From NCBI GenBank assembly GCA_037446135.1, contig JBBIJD010000001.1, forward strand, positions 17,076-81,075: 64,000 nt of DNA, given 5' to 3'. A program made the position numbers and the translations under genes. Origin of the DNA: Candidatus Fraserbacteria bacterium. Lineage in GTDB: Bacteria; Bipolaricaulota; Bipolaricaulia; RBG-16-55-9; JANLFV01. The number at the start of each line of letters is the position of its first letter. Within the stretch, counting starts at the first letter, position 1. The notes beneath the pieces are model-generated. The model was not told the origin of the DNA and searched no databases. It saw only the letters and a program-made list of their open reading frames with translations. Shown here in pieces: positions 28,438 to 36,025 of this stretch.

Positions 28438-29451
28438 CTAGCCCCGGGACAGGAGTCCCCGGAGGAGGGCCACATCCTCGCCGTCGGCATCCCCGTCGTT
28501 ATCGAAATCGAAGGCCGGCCAATTGTTCTGGACCCCAGCGGTGGTGAGGTTCGCCTCCAGGAGGTCCGGGTCAGCGGCGGTAAAGGCCCCATCGCCGTCC
28601 ACATCCTCGTAGAAGCCGTCCCCATCGAGGTCCTGTGGCGGATTCGCCGCTCCTCCGATCGGGATGAGCTTGAGCTCAGGGACATCGAAAATGAGCTGCC
28701 CCGCGGGGAGATAATCGGGACTCCCGAAGTCGAGGACCGCCAGGGCATAGTATCGGCCCGGTGCGGGGCGAGGTGAGGAGCCCCGAGCTCGGGCCTCCCG
28801 GACCGCCCCGGGGAGGATCGGGAACTGGGCCACCTCGATCCGCTCCACTAGTTCGCCCCGAGCATCTAGGACTTGGACCTCCCCGCTCACCCGGAGGTGG
28901 ATATCCCCGGTGTTCTCGAAGCCGATGAGGAAAGTGAGCGGGTTGAGCCCGAGCCGCTGGACCCCGGTGATCCGGCCGGCTCTCGTGCCGGTCCAAGGTG
29001 GGGTCTCATAGACCTTGATCCCGAACCGGGGGACCACCATTACCGTCGTCCCGCCCCGCTCTTGCGGCCGGGGCCGCCCCTCGACCATGATCATCCCCCA
29101 ATAGGTCCCCTGGACATCGGGCGGGACAGTGATGGTGAACCGGACCTCGCGGGCCTCATCGGGCTTAAGGGAGAAGCTCGTGGGGGTCACGGTGATCCAG
29201 GCGGTATTCGAGCGAGGGAGGCTCCCCGGCTCATAGAAGCGGTGATTCCCCTCGACATCCCGGTCCCAGTCGACGAGGTAGACCTTGATGTCGTCGGTGA
29301 TCTGTTCATCGTTGTGGACGAGGAAGGAGAAGGTCCCGCTCCCACCGGCCGGGACCTGGAGGTCGAACTCGATCTGGGAGACCTCCAGGGCTGAGGAGGT
29401 CAGGAGCACCGCCGCAAGGGTCAAGAGGAGAATAAAGCTCTTCCTCAGCAT
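28438..29451 (-). CDS. PapD/EcpB-like pilus chaperone with C-terminal dockerin-like Ca2+-binding domain
   Basis: WITVTPTSFSLKP.E..EVRFTI.VP, YWGMIMVE, FENTG..H, ILPG; DLDGDG/DVDGDG/DFDNDG loops. Confidence 0.72.
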   Translation of the reverse strand: MLRKSFILLLTLAAVLLTSSALEVSQIEFDLQVPAGGSGTFSFLVHNDEQITDDIKVYLVDWDRDVEGNHRFYEPGSLPRSNTAWITVTPTSFSLKPDEAREVRFTITVPPDVQGTYWGMIMVEGRPRPQERGGTTVMVVPRFGIKVYETPPWTGTRAGRITGVQRLGLNPLTFLIGFENTGDIHLRVSGEVQVLDARGELVERIEVAQFPILPGAVREARARGSSPRPAPGRYYALAVLDFGSPDYLPAGQLIFDVPELKLIPIGGAANPPQDLDGDGFYEDVDGDGAFTAADPDLLEANLTTAGVQNNWPAFDFDNDGDADGEDVALLRGLLSRG

Positions 29452-29466
29452 CTTCTTAGCTCAGGG

Positions 29467-29501
29467 GCTGGGGAGGGCCTCTCCCTGCGGCCCTCCCCAG
29501 C
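29467..29501 (-). terminator. Stem-loop between pilin A and chaperone
   Basis: GCTGGGGAGGGCC...GGCCCTCCCCAGC. Confidence 0.6.
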
Positions 29502-29516
29502 ATTCTACTCCAAGGC

Positions 29517-30038
29517 CTAGGCGCTCGTCAGGGTGTAGACGATCTGGAGGGTATAGCTCCCCGGTGGGTCCTCTTCCCAGGCGAGGAGGACCCTGAAATG
29601 GGTATTCACGAGGATATTATTCCCTCTATTCCCCGCGGCCACCTGGACTTCGTTGATGGTCATCCCGGTATAGTCGGGCTGGGTCGCGGTCACTCGCGGG
29701 TCGGTGGAGGAGGACTTCCACTCCAGATCTTCACAGGGCTTATTCGGGTCCGGCCAAGTCCCAGTGTAAGTCCAAGTCGGGGCTGTGGCCCAGACATTGA
29801 CCTGCCAGTTGACATTGCTCCTGACTTTGAGCGTCTGGGCGGGAGAGATCTCCTTATAGCCCCTCTCGTAGTCGTCTGCCGTCAGGTCCCCGAAGTCGAC
29901 GAGATTGGGGTCCACCGTCAAGCGGAGAGCCGCTAGCGCGGTCGCTTGAACAGTCGTATTTTGGCTTGTCTGGGCCAAGCCCGCAAGGCCGAGGAGCAGA
30001 ACCAAACCTGCTGCCAGAAGCCATCTCAATCTTGCCAT
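29517..30038 (-). CDS. Pilin-like secreted beta-sandwich protein A (putative major subunit)
   Basis: Sec signal; DFG; VRSN..W; C-terminal PGSYTLQIVYTL. Confidence 0.68.
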   Translation of the reverse strand: MARLRWLLAAGLVLLLGLAGLAQTSQNTTVQATALAALRLTVDPNLVDFGDLTADDYERGYKEISPAQTLKVRSNVNWQVNVWATAPTWTYTGTWPDPNKPCEDLEWKSSSTDPRVTATQPDYTGMTINEVQVAAGNRGNNILVNTHFRVLLAWEEDPPGSYTLQIVYTLTSA

Positions 30039-30069
30039 TCTAGCCTCCTAAATGTGAATCTTTGGTGGC

Positions 30070-30142
30070 TTCGGCAGCCTGGCAGTCCGTGGAGGACCCA
30101 CGGCTTTGCGCCCCCATGTCGCCATGGGTTCGCCTTTTCGGT
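30070..30142 (-). ncRNA. c-di-GMP-I (GEMM-I) riboswitch upstream of pilin A
   Basis: CCGAAAAGGCGAACCCATGGCGACATGGGGGCGCAAAGCCGTGGGTCC..GGACTGCCAGGCTGCCGAA; TATAAT at 30161-56. Confidence 0.9.
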
Positions 30143-30227
30143 CCACTTAAACAATATTATACAAAGGCTGAGCCGAAGGTCGTCTGTAATGTGGATCACA
30201 TTCCCCGGCCGGGGGCTTGACACCCAT

Positions 30228-30270
30228 AAAATAAAGAGAGGCCCCGGGCTCGAGTCATGAGCCCGGGGCC
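30228..30270 (-). terminator. Rho-independent terminator after pilin B
   Basis: GGCCCCGGGCTC-7nt-GAGCCCGGGGCC followed by TCTCTTTATTTT. Confidence 0.8.
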
Positions 30271-30291
30271 CCGAAATGAGCGACTAACCGG

Positions 30292-30834
30292 TTACAGAGA
30301 GGTTGCGGTGTATTCCAGGGTGATGCTGTAATCTCCGGGGATGTCCTGTTCGTCCGAGGTATACTTGTAGGCCATATGGAAGTAGGCCGCGCCCGGCTTC
30401 TCCCCGGTCCCGGCCTTCATCATCTGATTGAATCCCGGGAAGCTGACATAGCTCCCCTGGTAGCCGCTGACATTCCCCTCGACTTTGGCGACCTTCCAGG
30501 CGAAGTCAGCGAGGATGTCCCCTTCAAAGCCCGGAGGGGTGGTAGCCTCGACGGCCTGGACGGCCAGGACATAGCCGTTATGGCAGTTGGTCCTGAGGGA
30601 GACGATGTTCCCTTCGGTGTCCTCTAGGATCTGATCCGGCCCGGTGATCGTCCCCAGGAAGACATCCTGGTGGACATTGAGGGTGATCCAACAGTTGGCA
30701 TTCCAGTAGACCGTGGTCTTCCCGCCGTCCCCGGCCCCGAGGGAGATCGTCCCCCAGAGGGCCGCGATCGCTAATGCCGCGAGGGTCGCTACCTTCAGGG
30801 TCTTTCCTATTCTCTTCATCGGTGTTACCTCCAT
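30292..30834 (-). CDS. Pilin-like secreted protein B
   Basis: Signal peptide (the true start may be MKRIG, behind GGAGGT); Cys pair; C-terminal PGDYSITLEYTAT. Confidence 0.65.
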   Translation of the reverse strand: MEVTPMKRIGKTLKVATLAALAIAALWGTISLGAGDGGKTTVYWNANCWITLNVHQDVFLGTITGPDQILEDTEGNIVSLRTNCHNGYVLAVQAVEATTPPGFEGDILADFAWKVAKVEGNVSGYQGSYVSFPGFNQMMKAGTGEKPGAAYFHMAYKYTSDEQDIPGDYSITLEYTATSL

Positions 30835-30895
30835 CTTCTCTTCCTAGGTCAGGTTTCTGACCTTTCGTCTCGCCTCGGAGTTTAAGTCACCCCCG

Positions 30896-30961
30896 CTGGA
30901 GGGTCGATGGAAGCGGGCTGAAAAGTCGGAGGAAAGCGGCTGGAAATTCCATGGAAATCCC
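30896..30961. repeat. Six tandem 11-bp direct repeats (consensus [C/A]TGGAA-N5), candidate OmpR/PhoB-type boxes
   Basis: CTGGAGGGTCG ATGGAAGCGGG CTGAAAAGTCG GAGGAAAGCGG CTGGAAATTCC ATGGAAATCCC; minus-strand -10 TAAACT 11 bp away (30884-79). Confidence 0.75.
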
Positions 30962-30975
30962 AGAGACTGGAGCTA

Positions 30976-32238
30976 TTAGGGCTTCTTAGCAGGGAGGGCC
31001 CTGGCCCCTCCGAGCCGCTTTGCCCGGTAGAGGGCCCGGTCGGCCTGCTCGATCAGCTCGTCCGGCGAGGCCCCGTCCTCGGGGAAGCCGGCCACTCCGG
31101 CGCTGAAGCTGGCCCTGAAGGGCTCGGATTGCTCAGGGGCTTGGAACCGCTGCTCATGGAACTCCCCTTGGAGCCTGGTCAGGGCCGCCACGGCCCGGGG
31201 CTTGATGGTCTCGGGGAGGATGAGGGCGAACTCATCCCCGCCGTAGCGGGCGGGTAGGTCGCTCTTCCGTCCCTTGGACTTGATGAGCTCGGCCAGGGCC
31301 TTCAGGACGGAGTCGCCCATCCGATGGCCATAGCGGTCGTTGATCGCCTTGAACCGGTCGAGGTCGAGGAGGGCCAGGGAGAAGACCCTTCCATACCTTC
31401 TGCTCCGCTCGAGGGTGCAGCGGAGCTTCTCCTGGAAGGCCCGGTGGTTGTAGAGCCCGGTCAGGCCATCGAGGTCCGCCAGCTCGGTGAGCACCCGGTT
31501 CCGCTCGAGCCGGGCGGCGATCCGGGCGATCAGCTCCTCAGGGTAGAACGGCTTAGTGATGTAGTCGTCCGCCCCGGCCTCCAGGCCCCGGACCTTGGTC
31601 GCCACATCGCCCCTCCCGGTGAGGAAGAAGATCGGGAGCTTCTGGAACTCCACCTCCCGGCGGAGGGAGGCGCAGAGCTCCAGTCCGGTCAGCTTCGGCA
31701 TCTCGATGTCCAGGAGCAAGAGGTCCGGCTTGAACTCCCTCAGGGTTGAGAGCGCCTCCGTCGGGTCTTGCAAGGCCTTGGTGGCGAACCCCGCTTGGCG
31801 GAGATGCCCCCCGACGAGCTCCAAGAGGTGAGGATCATCATCGACGATCGCGATCCTCAAGCGGTCGCCTCCTCCCTTTGGCTCTTGCTCAAGCTCGAAC
31901 TTGAGCCCAAGCGCCGCTTCGGCCCGCTGGAGCTCCTCCTCCAGCTCGCGAAGGAGGGCCCGGAGCCTTCCCAGTTCCGGGGCGGCCAGCGGCCTGTTCT
32001 GAAGCTGGAGGGCCTCTTCCATCTCCTGAGCCAGCTCGGAGAGCCGAGGGTAGCCGTAGGAGCCGCCGCTCCCCTTGAGCCGATGGGCCCGCTCCAAGAG
32101 GGCCGCCATGGGGGCTTCAGCCTGAGGATCGGCCTCGAGGTCATTGAGCAACTGTCCGAAGAGGTTGAGGGCCCCGCGGACCTCCTCGAGGTAGAGCCTT
32201 CGCAAGCCCTCCAATCCTTCTTCCATAGGTTCCACCAT
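30976..32238 (-). CDS. Hpt-REC-GGDEF diguanylate cyclase
   Basis: AHRLKGS Hpt; DD..LLLLD..MP..KP REC; DGLTGLYN, NDRYGH..GD, RKSD I-site, RYGGDEF. Confidence 0.93.
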   Translation of the reverse strand: MVEPMEEGLEGLRRLYLEEVRGALNLFGQLLNDLEADPQAEAPMAALLERAHRLKGSGGSYGYPRLSELAQEMEEALQLQNRPLAAPELGRLRALLRELEEELQRAEAALGLKFELEQEPKGGGDRLRIAIVDDDPHLLELVGGHLRQAGFATKALQDPTEALSTLREFKPDLLLLDIEMPKLTGLELCASLRREVEFQKLPIFFLTGRGDVATKVRGLEAGADDYITKPFYPEELIARIAARLERNRVLTELADLDGLTGLYNHRAFQEKLRCTLERSRRYGRVFSLALLDLDRFKAINDRYGHRMGDSVLKALAELIKSKGRKSDLPARYGGDEFALILPETIKPRAVAALTRLQGEFHEQRFQAPEQSEPFRASFSAGVAGFPEDGASPDELIEQADRALYRAKRLGGARALPAKKP

Positions 32239-32260
32239 TGGGAAGGATAAGGCCCTCAGG

Positions 32261-32304
32261 CTGGAATATCGATGGAAGTGGGCTGGAAATCTGATGGAAG
32301 CGGG
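32261..32304. repeat. Four tandem 11-bp direct repeats, same motif as at 30896
   Basis: CTGGAATATCG ATGGAAGTGGG CTGGAAATCTG ATGGAAGCGGG; minus-strand -10 TATCCT 11 bp away (32249-44). Confidence 0.78.
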
Positions 32305-32307
32305 GGG

Positions 32308-32985
32308 CTACCCCGCCAACTTATACCCGAACCCGCGGACGGTGAGGATCAGTTCGGGGTTCTGCGGGTCCCGCTCGATCCGCTTGCGGAGGAGGTAAAT
32401 GTATTTTTGCACATCGCCGGGGCGGGCGAAGCTGCTCCCCGGCCAGAGATGGTCGATGATCTCCCGATCGGAGAAGACCCTCCCCCGCTCTGAAGCTAAG
32501 AGGAGCAGGAGCTCATACTCCTTGGGGGAGAGGCTCACCACCTCTCCTCGGACCTGGACGGTCTTGCTCTTATCGTCGATGGTGAGCGGCCCGACCTCAA
32601 TGAGCGCCTCTTTCGGGGCCGCCCCGGCCCGCCGGAGGACCGCCTCGATCCGGAGGGCCACCTCCATGAGGTCGAACGGCTTCCTGATATAGTCGTCGGC
32701 CCCGAGGGTGAACCCCTGGATCGTATCTATCGGCGAGTCCCGGGCGGTGAGCATCAGCACTGGGGTGGAGCTGCCTTCCCGGATCCGCCGGAGCACCTCC
32801 CAGCCATCCATCCCCGGGAGCATCACATCGAGGAGGACCAGGTCCGGCCGCTCCTTAGCGAAGGCCTCCAGGGCCTTTGGGCCGTCCTCGGCGGTGAGGA
32901 CCTCATACCCGCGGGAGCTGAGGAAGGCTCGGAGGAGCCTCAAGATATCAGGGTCGTCATCGACGAGGAGGATCTTCTTAGCCAT
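32308..32985 (-). CDS. OmpR/PhoB family response regulator
   Basis: VDDD, LDVMLP, LTA, GADDY..KPF, LSPKEY.LL, TVRGFGY. Confidence 0.95.
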   Translation of the reverse strand: MAKKILLVDDDPDILRLLRAFLSSRGYEVLTAEDGPKALEAFAKERPDLVLLDVMLPGMDGWEVLRRIREGSSTPVLMLTARDSPIDTIQGFTLGADDYIRKPFDLMEVALRIEAVLRRAGAAPKEALIEVGPLTIDDKSKTVQVRGEVVSLSPKEYELLLLLASERGRVFSDREIIDHLWPGSSFARPGDVQKYIYLLRKRIERDPQNPELILTVRGFGYKLAG

Positions 32986-35155
32986 CCTGATCAGTCAGTC
33001 CTCCGTCCAGCCCGAGCTTGAGCCAGCTCTTGGAGAGCGGGAGCCTGACGGTGAACTTCGTCCCCGCATTCGGCTTGCTCTCGACCCTGATCTCCCCGCC
33101 GTGACGGTCGATCGTGGCCTTGACGATCGCCAGCCCCAGGCCGGTCCCCGTGGCCTCCCGGACATAGGGGTTGGTGGAGCGGAAGAACCTGGTGAAGAGC
33201 CGGCCGAGCTCCTCCGCGTCCATCCCGATCCCGGTATCCGTGACCTCGACGATCGCCTCCCCGGCCACGGTGTCGGCCCGGGCCCGGAGGCTCACCTTCC
33301 CCTCCTTGGTGTATTTGATGGCATTGGAGAGGAGGTTGGCGAAGGCCCGAGCGAGGTAGTCGGCATCACCTTTGACCTGGAGCCCTTCCTCCAGCTCGAC
33401 CTCCAGGGCCAATCCCTTCTCCCGGGCATTGACGGCGAAAGTGGCGGCCACATCCCTCAAGATTTCGTCGAGCGCGAGGTCCCTTAGCTCGATCTTCCGC
33501 TCCCCCGACTCGAGCCGCTCGATGTCCAGGAGGTCGTTGACCAGTTTGGTCAGGCGGTCGGCGTTCCGGGAGATAACCTGGAGGAACTCCTCCTGGGCCG
33601 GATTGAGGGGGCCGGTCTCCCCGGCCAAGAGGAGGTCGGCATACCCTTTGATCGAGGTGAGCGGGGTCCGAAGCTCATGGGAGACGGTGGCGAGGAACTC
33701 GGCCTTCAGTTGCTCCAGTCGCTTCTGAGCGGTGATATCCCGCATCATCCCTTGATAGCCCACCAGCCGCCCCGCGCTGTCCTTGATGGCCACACTGATC
33801 TCGTGGACCGTCCTCATTGAGCCGTCCTTGTGCTTATACGCTAGTTCCATGTCTACATAGCCGTCCCGCGCCAGTCGCCGGTGGAACTCCTCCCGCTGGG
33901 CCGGGTCGGCATAATTCTCGCAGAGGTCCATCCGGATCAGCTCCTCTTCCCTGTAGCCGAGAAGCTTCCTCACCGCCGGGTTGACATCGACGAGTCGGCC
34001 TTGAGAATCGCAGACATAGATCACATCGGCGCTATTCTCGAAGAGGTTGCGGTAGCGCTCCCCTGAGCGGCGGAGTTCCTCCTCAGCTTGCTCGCGTCTA
34101 GCAAGCATCTCATTGATCGAGCGAGCCAGGCTCGCCAGCTCATCGCCCCCTTTGGAGGGGAGGCGGGCCGAGAGGTCGCCGCTCGCCGTGACCCGGCGGA
34201 CAGCCCGCTCGAGTCGGGCCAGCTTAGCCAGGACACCCCTCTCGAGCAGGAGGAGGGCGGTGGCCGTGAAGACCAGGCCGATGGTAGAGAGGGCCAACAT
34301 GAAGTAGTTCAAGCTCGCCAGCCCTTGGCTGTAGATGGTCCGCGGGAGGTCCACCCTCAAGATGAGGGCCGGCTGGCCGTAGATATCTCGGAGCAGGGCA
34401 TAGCCGGCGACCCGCTCCCGGTCGAGCCGCTGGACAGGGAGCGTCGTCGCCCCTGTCCCCGCTAAGAGGGCCGTGCGGGCCGCGGCGAAGGCCGGGTCTT
34501 CTAGGGCTAGTCCTGGCTCATCAACTCGCCGGAATGCTAGTGAGAGGTCCGTCAACTCCGCCAGTTGAGCGACCTTAGCAGCATCGAGGTAGCGGCCCAT
34601 GATGAGCGAGCCCCGGCTCGGGCCGGTCTTCTCGCTGGTGAGGATCGGCCTGGCGGCCAAGAGGAGTGGCCCCTCCGCTAGAAGGAGGAGCCCAGTCAGC
34701 CCCTCTTTGGGAGGCTCCTCGCGGGGCCGGAGGAGCGGGCTCTCAGGGGTGAGACTGTTCAAGAGGCCCTCTGGGACTGGCACCTCCCTTCTCTCCTGGA
34801 GGTCGAAGGCCTTGGCGAAGACGATCCTCCCCGAGGAGTGGACGAAGACCATCAAGTTCAAGCCGAGCTCGCTGAAGGTCTGATCGACGAGGTTGGAGCG
34901 GATATACTCCGGATTGGCGTCCTCGATGAAGGCATAGGTATCGTCCCAACCGGCCCAATCGCCGACGAGGGCGCTCAGCTTGGCCTGGTCATCGGCTAGC
35001 GCGTTCAGGGTTCGCTCGACCTCCCTTCGGGTGGCCTGCTCTTCCAGGGCCAGGAAGCCCCCGAGGAAGAGCGACCGGAGGACGAGATACATGATGGCTA
35101 CTGAGCAGAGGAGCACTGAGCCGATAGTGATCAGCGTCTTCTTCCGTAGGGTCAT
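32978..35155 (-). CDS. CHASE4-HAMP-PAS sensor histidine kinase
   Basis: DWAGWDDTY CHASE4, PILTS...GR; GDELASLARSIN HAMP; PAS; SHELRTP; NLLSNAIKY, DTGIG, GTGLGL. Confidence 0.93.
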   Translation of the reverse strand: MTLRKKTLITIGSVLLCSVAIMYLVLRSLFLGGFLALEEQATRREVERTLNALADDQAKLSALVGDWAGWDDTYAFIEDANPEYIRSNLVDQTFSELGLNLMVFVHSSGRIVFAKAFDLQERREVPVPEGLLNSLTPESPLLRPREEPPKEGLTGLLLLAEGPLLLAARPILTSEKTGPSRGSLIMGRYLDAAKVAQLAELTDLSLAFRRVDEPGLALEDPAFAAARTALLAGTGATTLPVQRLDRERVAGYALLRDIYGQPALILRVDLPRTIYSQGLASLNYFMLALSTIGLVFTATALLLLERGVLAKLARLERAVRRVTASGDLSARLPSKGGDELASLARSINEMLARREQAEEELRRSGERYRNLFENSADVIYVCDSQGRLVDVNPAVRKLLGYREEELIRMDLCENYADPAQREEFHRRLARDGYVDMELAYKHKDGSMRTVHEISVAIKDSAGRLVGYQGMMRDITAQKRLEQLKAEFLATVSHELRTPLTSIKGYADLLLAGETGPLNPAQEEFLQVISRNADRLTKLVNDLLDIERLESGERKIELRDLALDEILRDVAATFAVNAREKGLALEVELEEGLQVKGDADYLARAFANLLSNAIKYTKEGKVSLRARADTVAGEAIVEVTDTGIGMDAEELGRLFTRFFRSTNPYVREATGTGLGLAIVKATIDRHGGEIRVESKPNAGTKFTVRLPLSKSWLKLGLDGGLTDQDG

Positions 35156-35193
35156 CTATCTGCTTCTGGCCTCTCGGCCTGTATCGAGAAGGA

Positions 35194-35230
35194 ATAATAA
35201 ACCAATAAAGCCGGCCATTCAAGGCCGGCT
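35194..35230 (-). promoter_or_regulatory. Overlapping terminator (after pilin C) and sigma70 promoter (for the kinase)
   Basis: Hairpin AGCCGGCC-TTGAAT-GGCCGGCT-TTATT; its loop TTGAAT lies 17 bp from TATTAT. Confidence 0.6.
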
Positions 35231-35267
35231 ATCCAACTCTGCTCTTACTCCTGGGCAAGCAGGGCTC

Positions 35268-35789
35268 TCAATCGGTGGTGATGGTGTAGGTCAGGGTCAC
35301 ATGGTAGTCTCCCGGCCTATGATGCTCGCGGTCGAAGAGGATGAGGTAGTCCACCTCCACCTTTTGGCGCCCGCTCGGGCCATGAGCGATGACCTGATCG
35401 GAGTTGCTGACCGGGCGATAGGACTCGCTCCCCACGCGGAGCTGGAAGTCGCTGAGCGGCTTGGTGTAGCGGCCGTCATAGCTCCTTCCGAGGTCGGGCT
35501 CGGCGGCCCGGACCGCCAGCCTCCAGTGGACATTGCTGGCGGCGATGAGGGTGAGCGCCCTAGGGATCTCGCGGTAGCCCCGCTCCAGGTCCGCTTCGCT
35601 CGGCTGAGGGAGCACAAATGTCGTCGTGACGGCCTGGTCGGTCTGGCCCTCGAGTGAGAGGCGGGCGAAAGGGAGGACAGTCCAAGAGATCGTCGTCCTA
35701 GCGGAGTCACCTGTCCCTAGAGCCTGGGCACTGAGGAATAACGAGAGACCGAGAAGAAGCAAGCCGGAGATGACCGCTCTTCTTGCCAT
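35268..35789 (-). CDS. Pilin-like secreted protein C (paralogue of A)
   Basis: ADLERGYREIPRALTL.AASNVHW matches ADDYERGYKEISPAQTL.VRSNVNW in A; C-terminal PGDYHVTLTYTI. Confidence 0.68.
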   Translation of the reverse strand: MARRAVISGLLLLGLSLFLSAQALGTGDSARTTISWTVLPFARLSLEGQTDQAVTTTFVLPQPSEADLERGYREIPRALTLIAASNVHWRLAVRAAEPDLGRSYDGRYTKPLSDFQLRVGSESYRPVSNSDQVIAHGPSGRQKVEVDYLILFDREHHRPGDYHVTLTYTITTD

Positions 35790-35790
35790 C

Positions 35791-35865
35791 CTTCGGCAGC
35801 CCGGCGATCCCCGAGGGACCCGTAGCTTTGCGCCCCCACCTTGCGATGGGTTTGCCCTTATCGGG
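35791..35865 (-). ncRNA. c-di-GMP-I riboswitch (second aptamer of the tandem pair)
   Basis: CCGATAAGGGCAAACCCATCGCAAGGTGGGGGCGCAAAGCTACGGGTCCCTCGGGGATCGCCGGGCTGCCGAAG. Confidence 0.92.
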
Positions 35866-35883
35866 ATGCGTCCCTTCCTCGCC

Positions 35884-35983
35884 CTTCGGCAGCCCGGCTG
35901 CCCTTCACCTCCTTCCCCAATCAGCCAGTGTTAGGGCCCGTGGCTTTGCGCCCCCGCCTCTCGGCGGGTTTGCCCTTATCGGA
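35884..35983 (-). ncRNA. c-di-GMP-I riboswitch (first aptamer of the tandem pair)
   Basis: CCGATAAGGGCAAACCCGCCGAGAGGCGGGGGCGCAAAGCCACGGGCCCT..long loop..AGGGCAGCCGGGCTGCCGAAG. Confidence 0.92.
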
Positions 35984-35996
35984 GCTCAGCGAAGGT

Positions 35997-36025
35997 ATTA
36001 TACACCGAGTGAGCGGGCTTGACAA
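35997..36025 (-). promoter_or_regulatory. Sigma70 promoter for the tandem riboswitch/pilin C transcript
   Basis: TTGTCA-17-TATAAT. Confidence 0.7.

Noticed and set aside
30896..32304. 11-bp repeat arrays as a CRISPR array or iterons
   Set aside because: The units are too short and contiguous, with no unique spacers and no cas or rep genes; their position fits transcription-factor boxes
30070..35983. 3',3'-cGAMP (GEMM-Ib / Hypr GGDEF) signalling variant
   Set aside because: All three aptamers have G at the specificity position, and the cyclase keeps Asp in GHxxGD rather than the Hypr Ser
32308..35983. Riboswitch-driven single operon of pilin C, kinase, regulator and cyclase (obligate positive feedback)
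   Set aside because: A terminator-like hairpin and a separate promoter lie at 35194-35230, so feedback would need read-through
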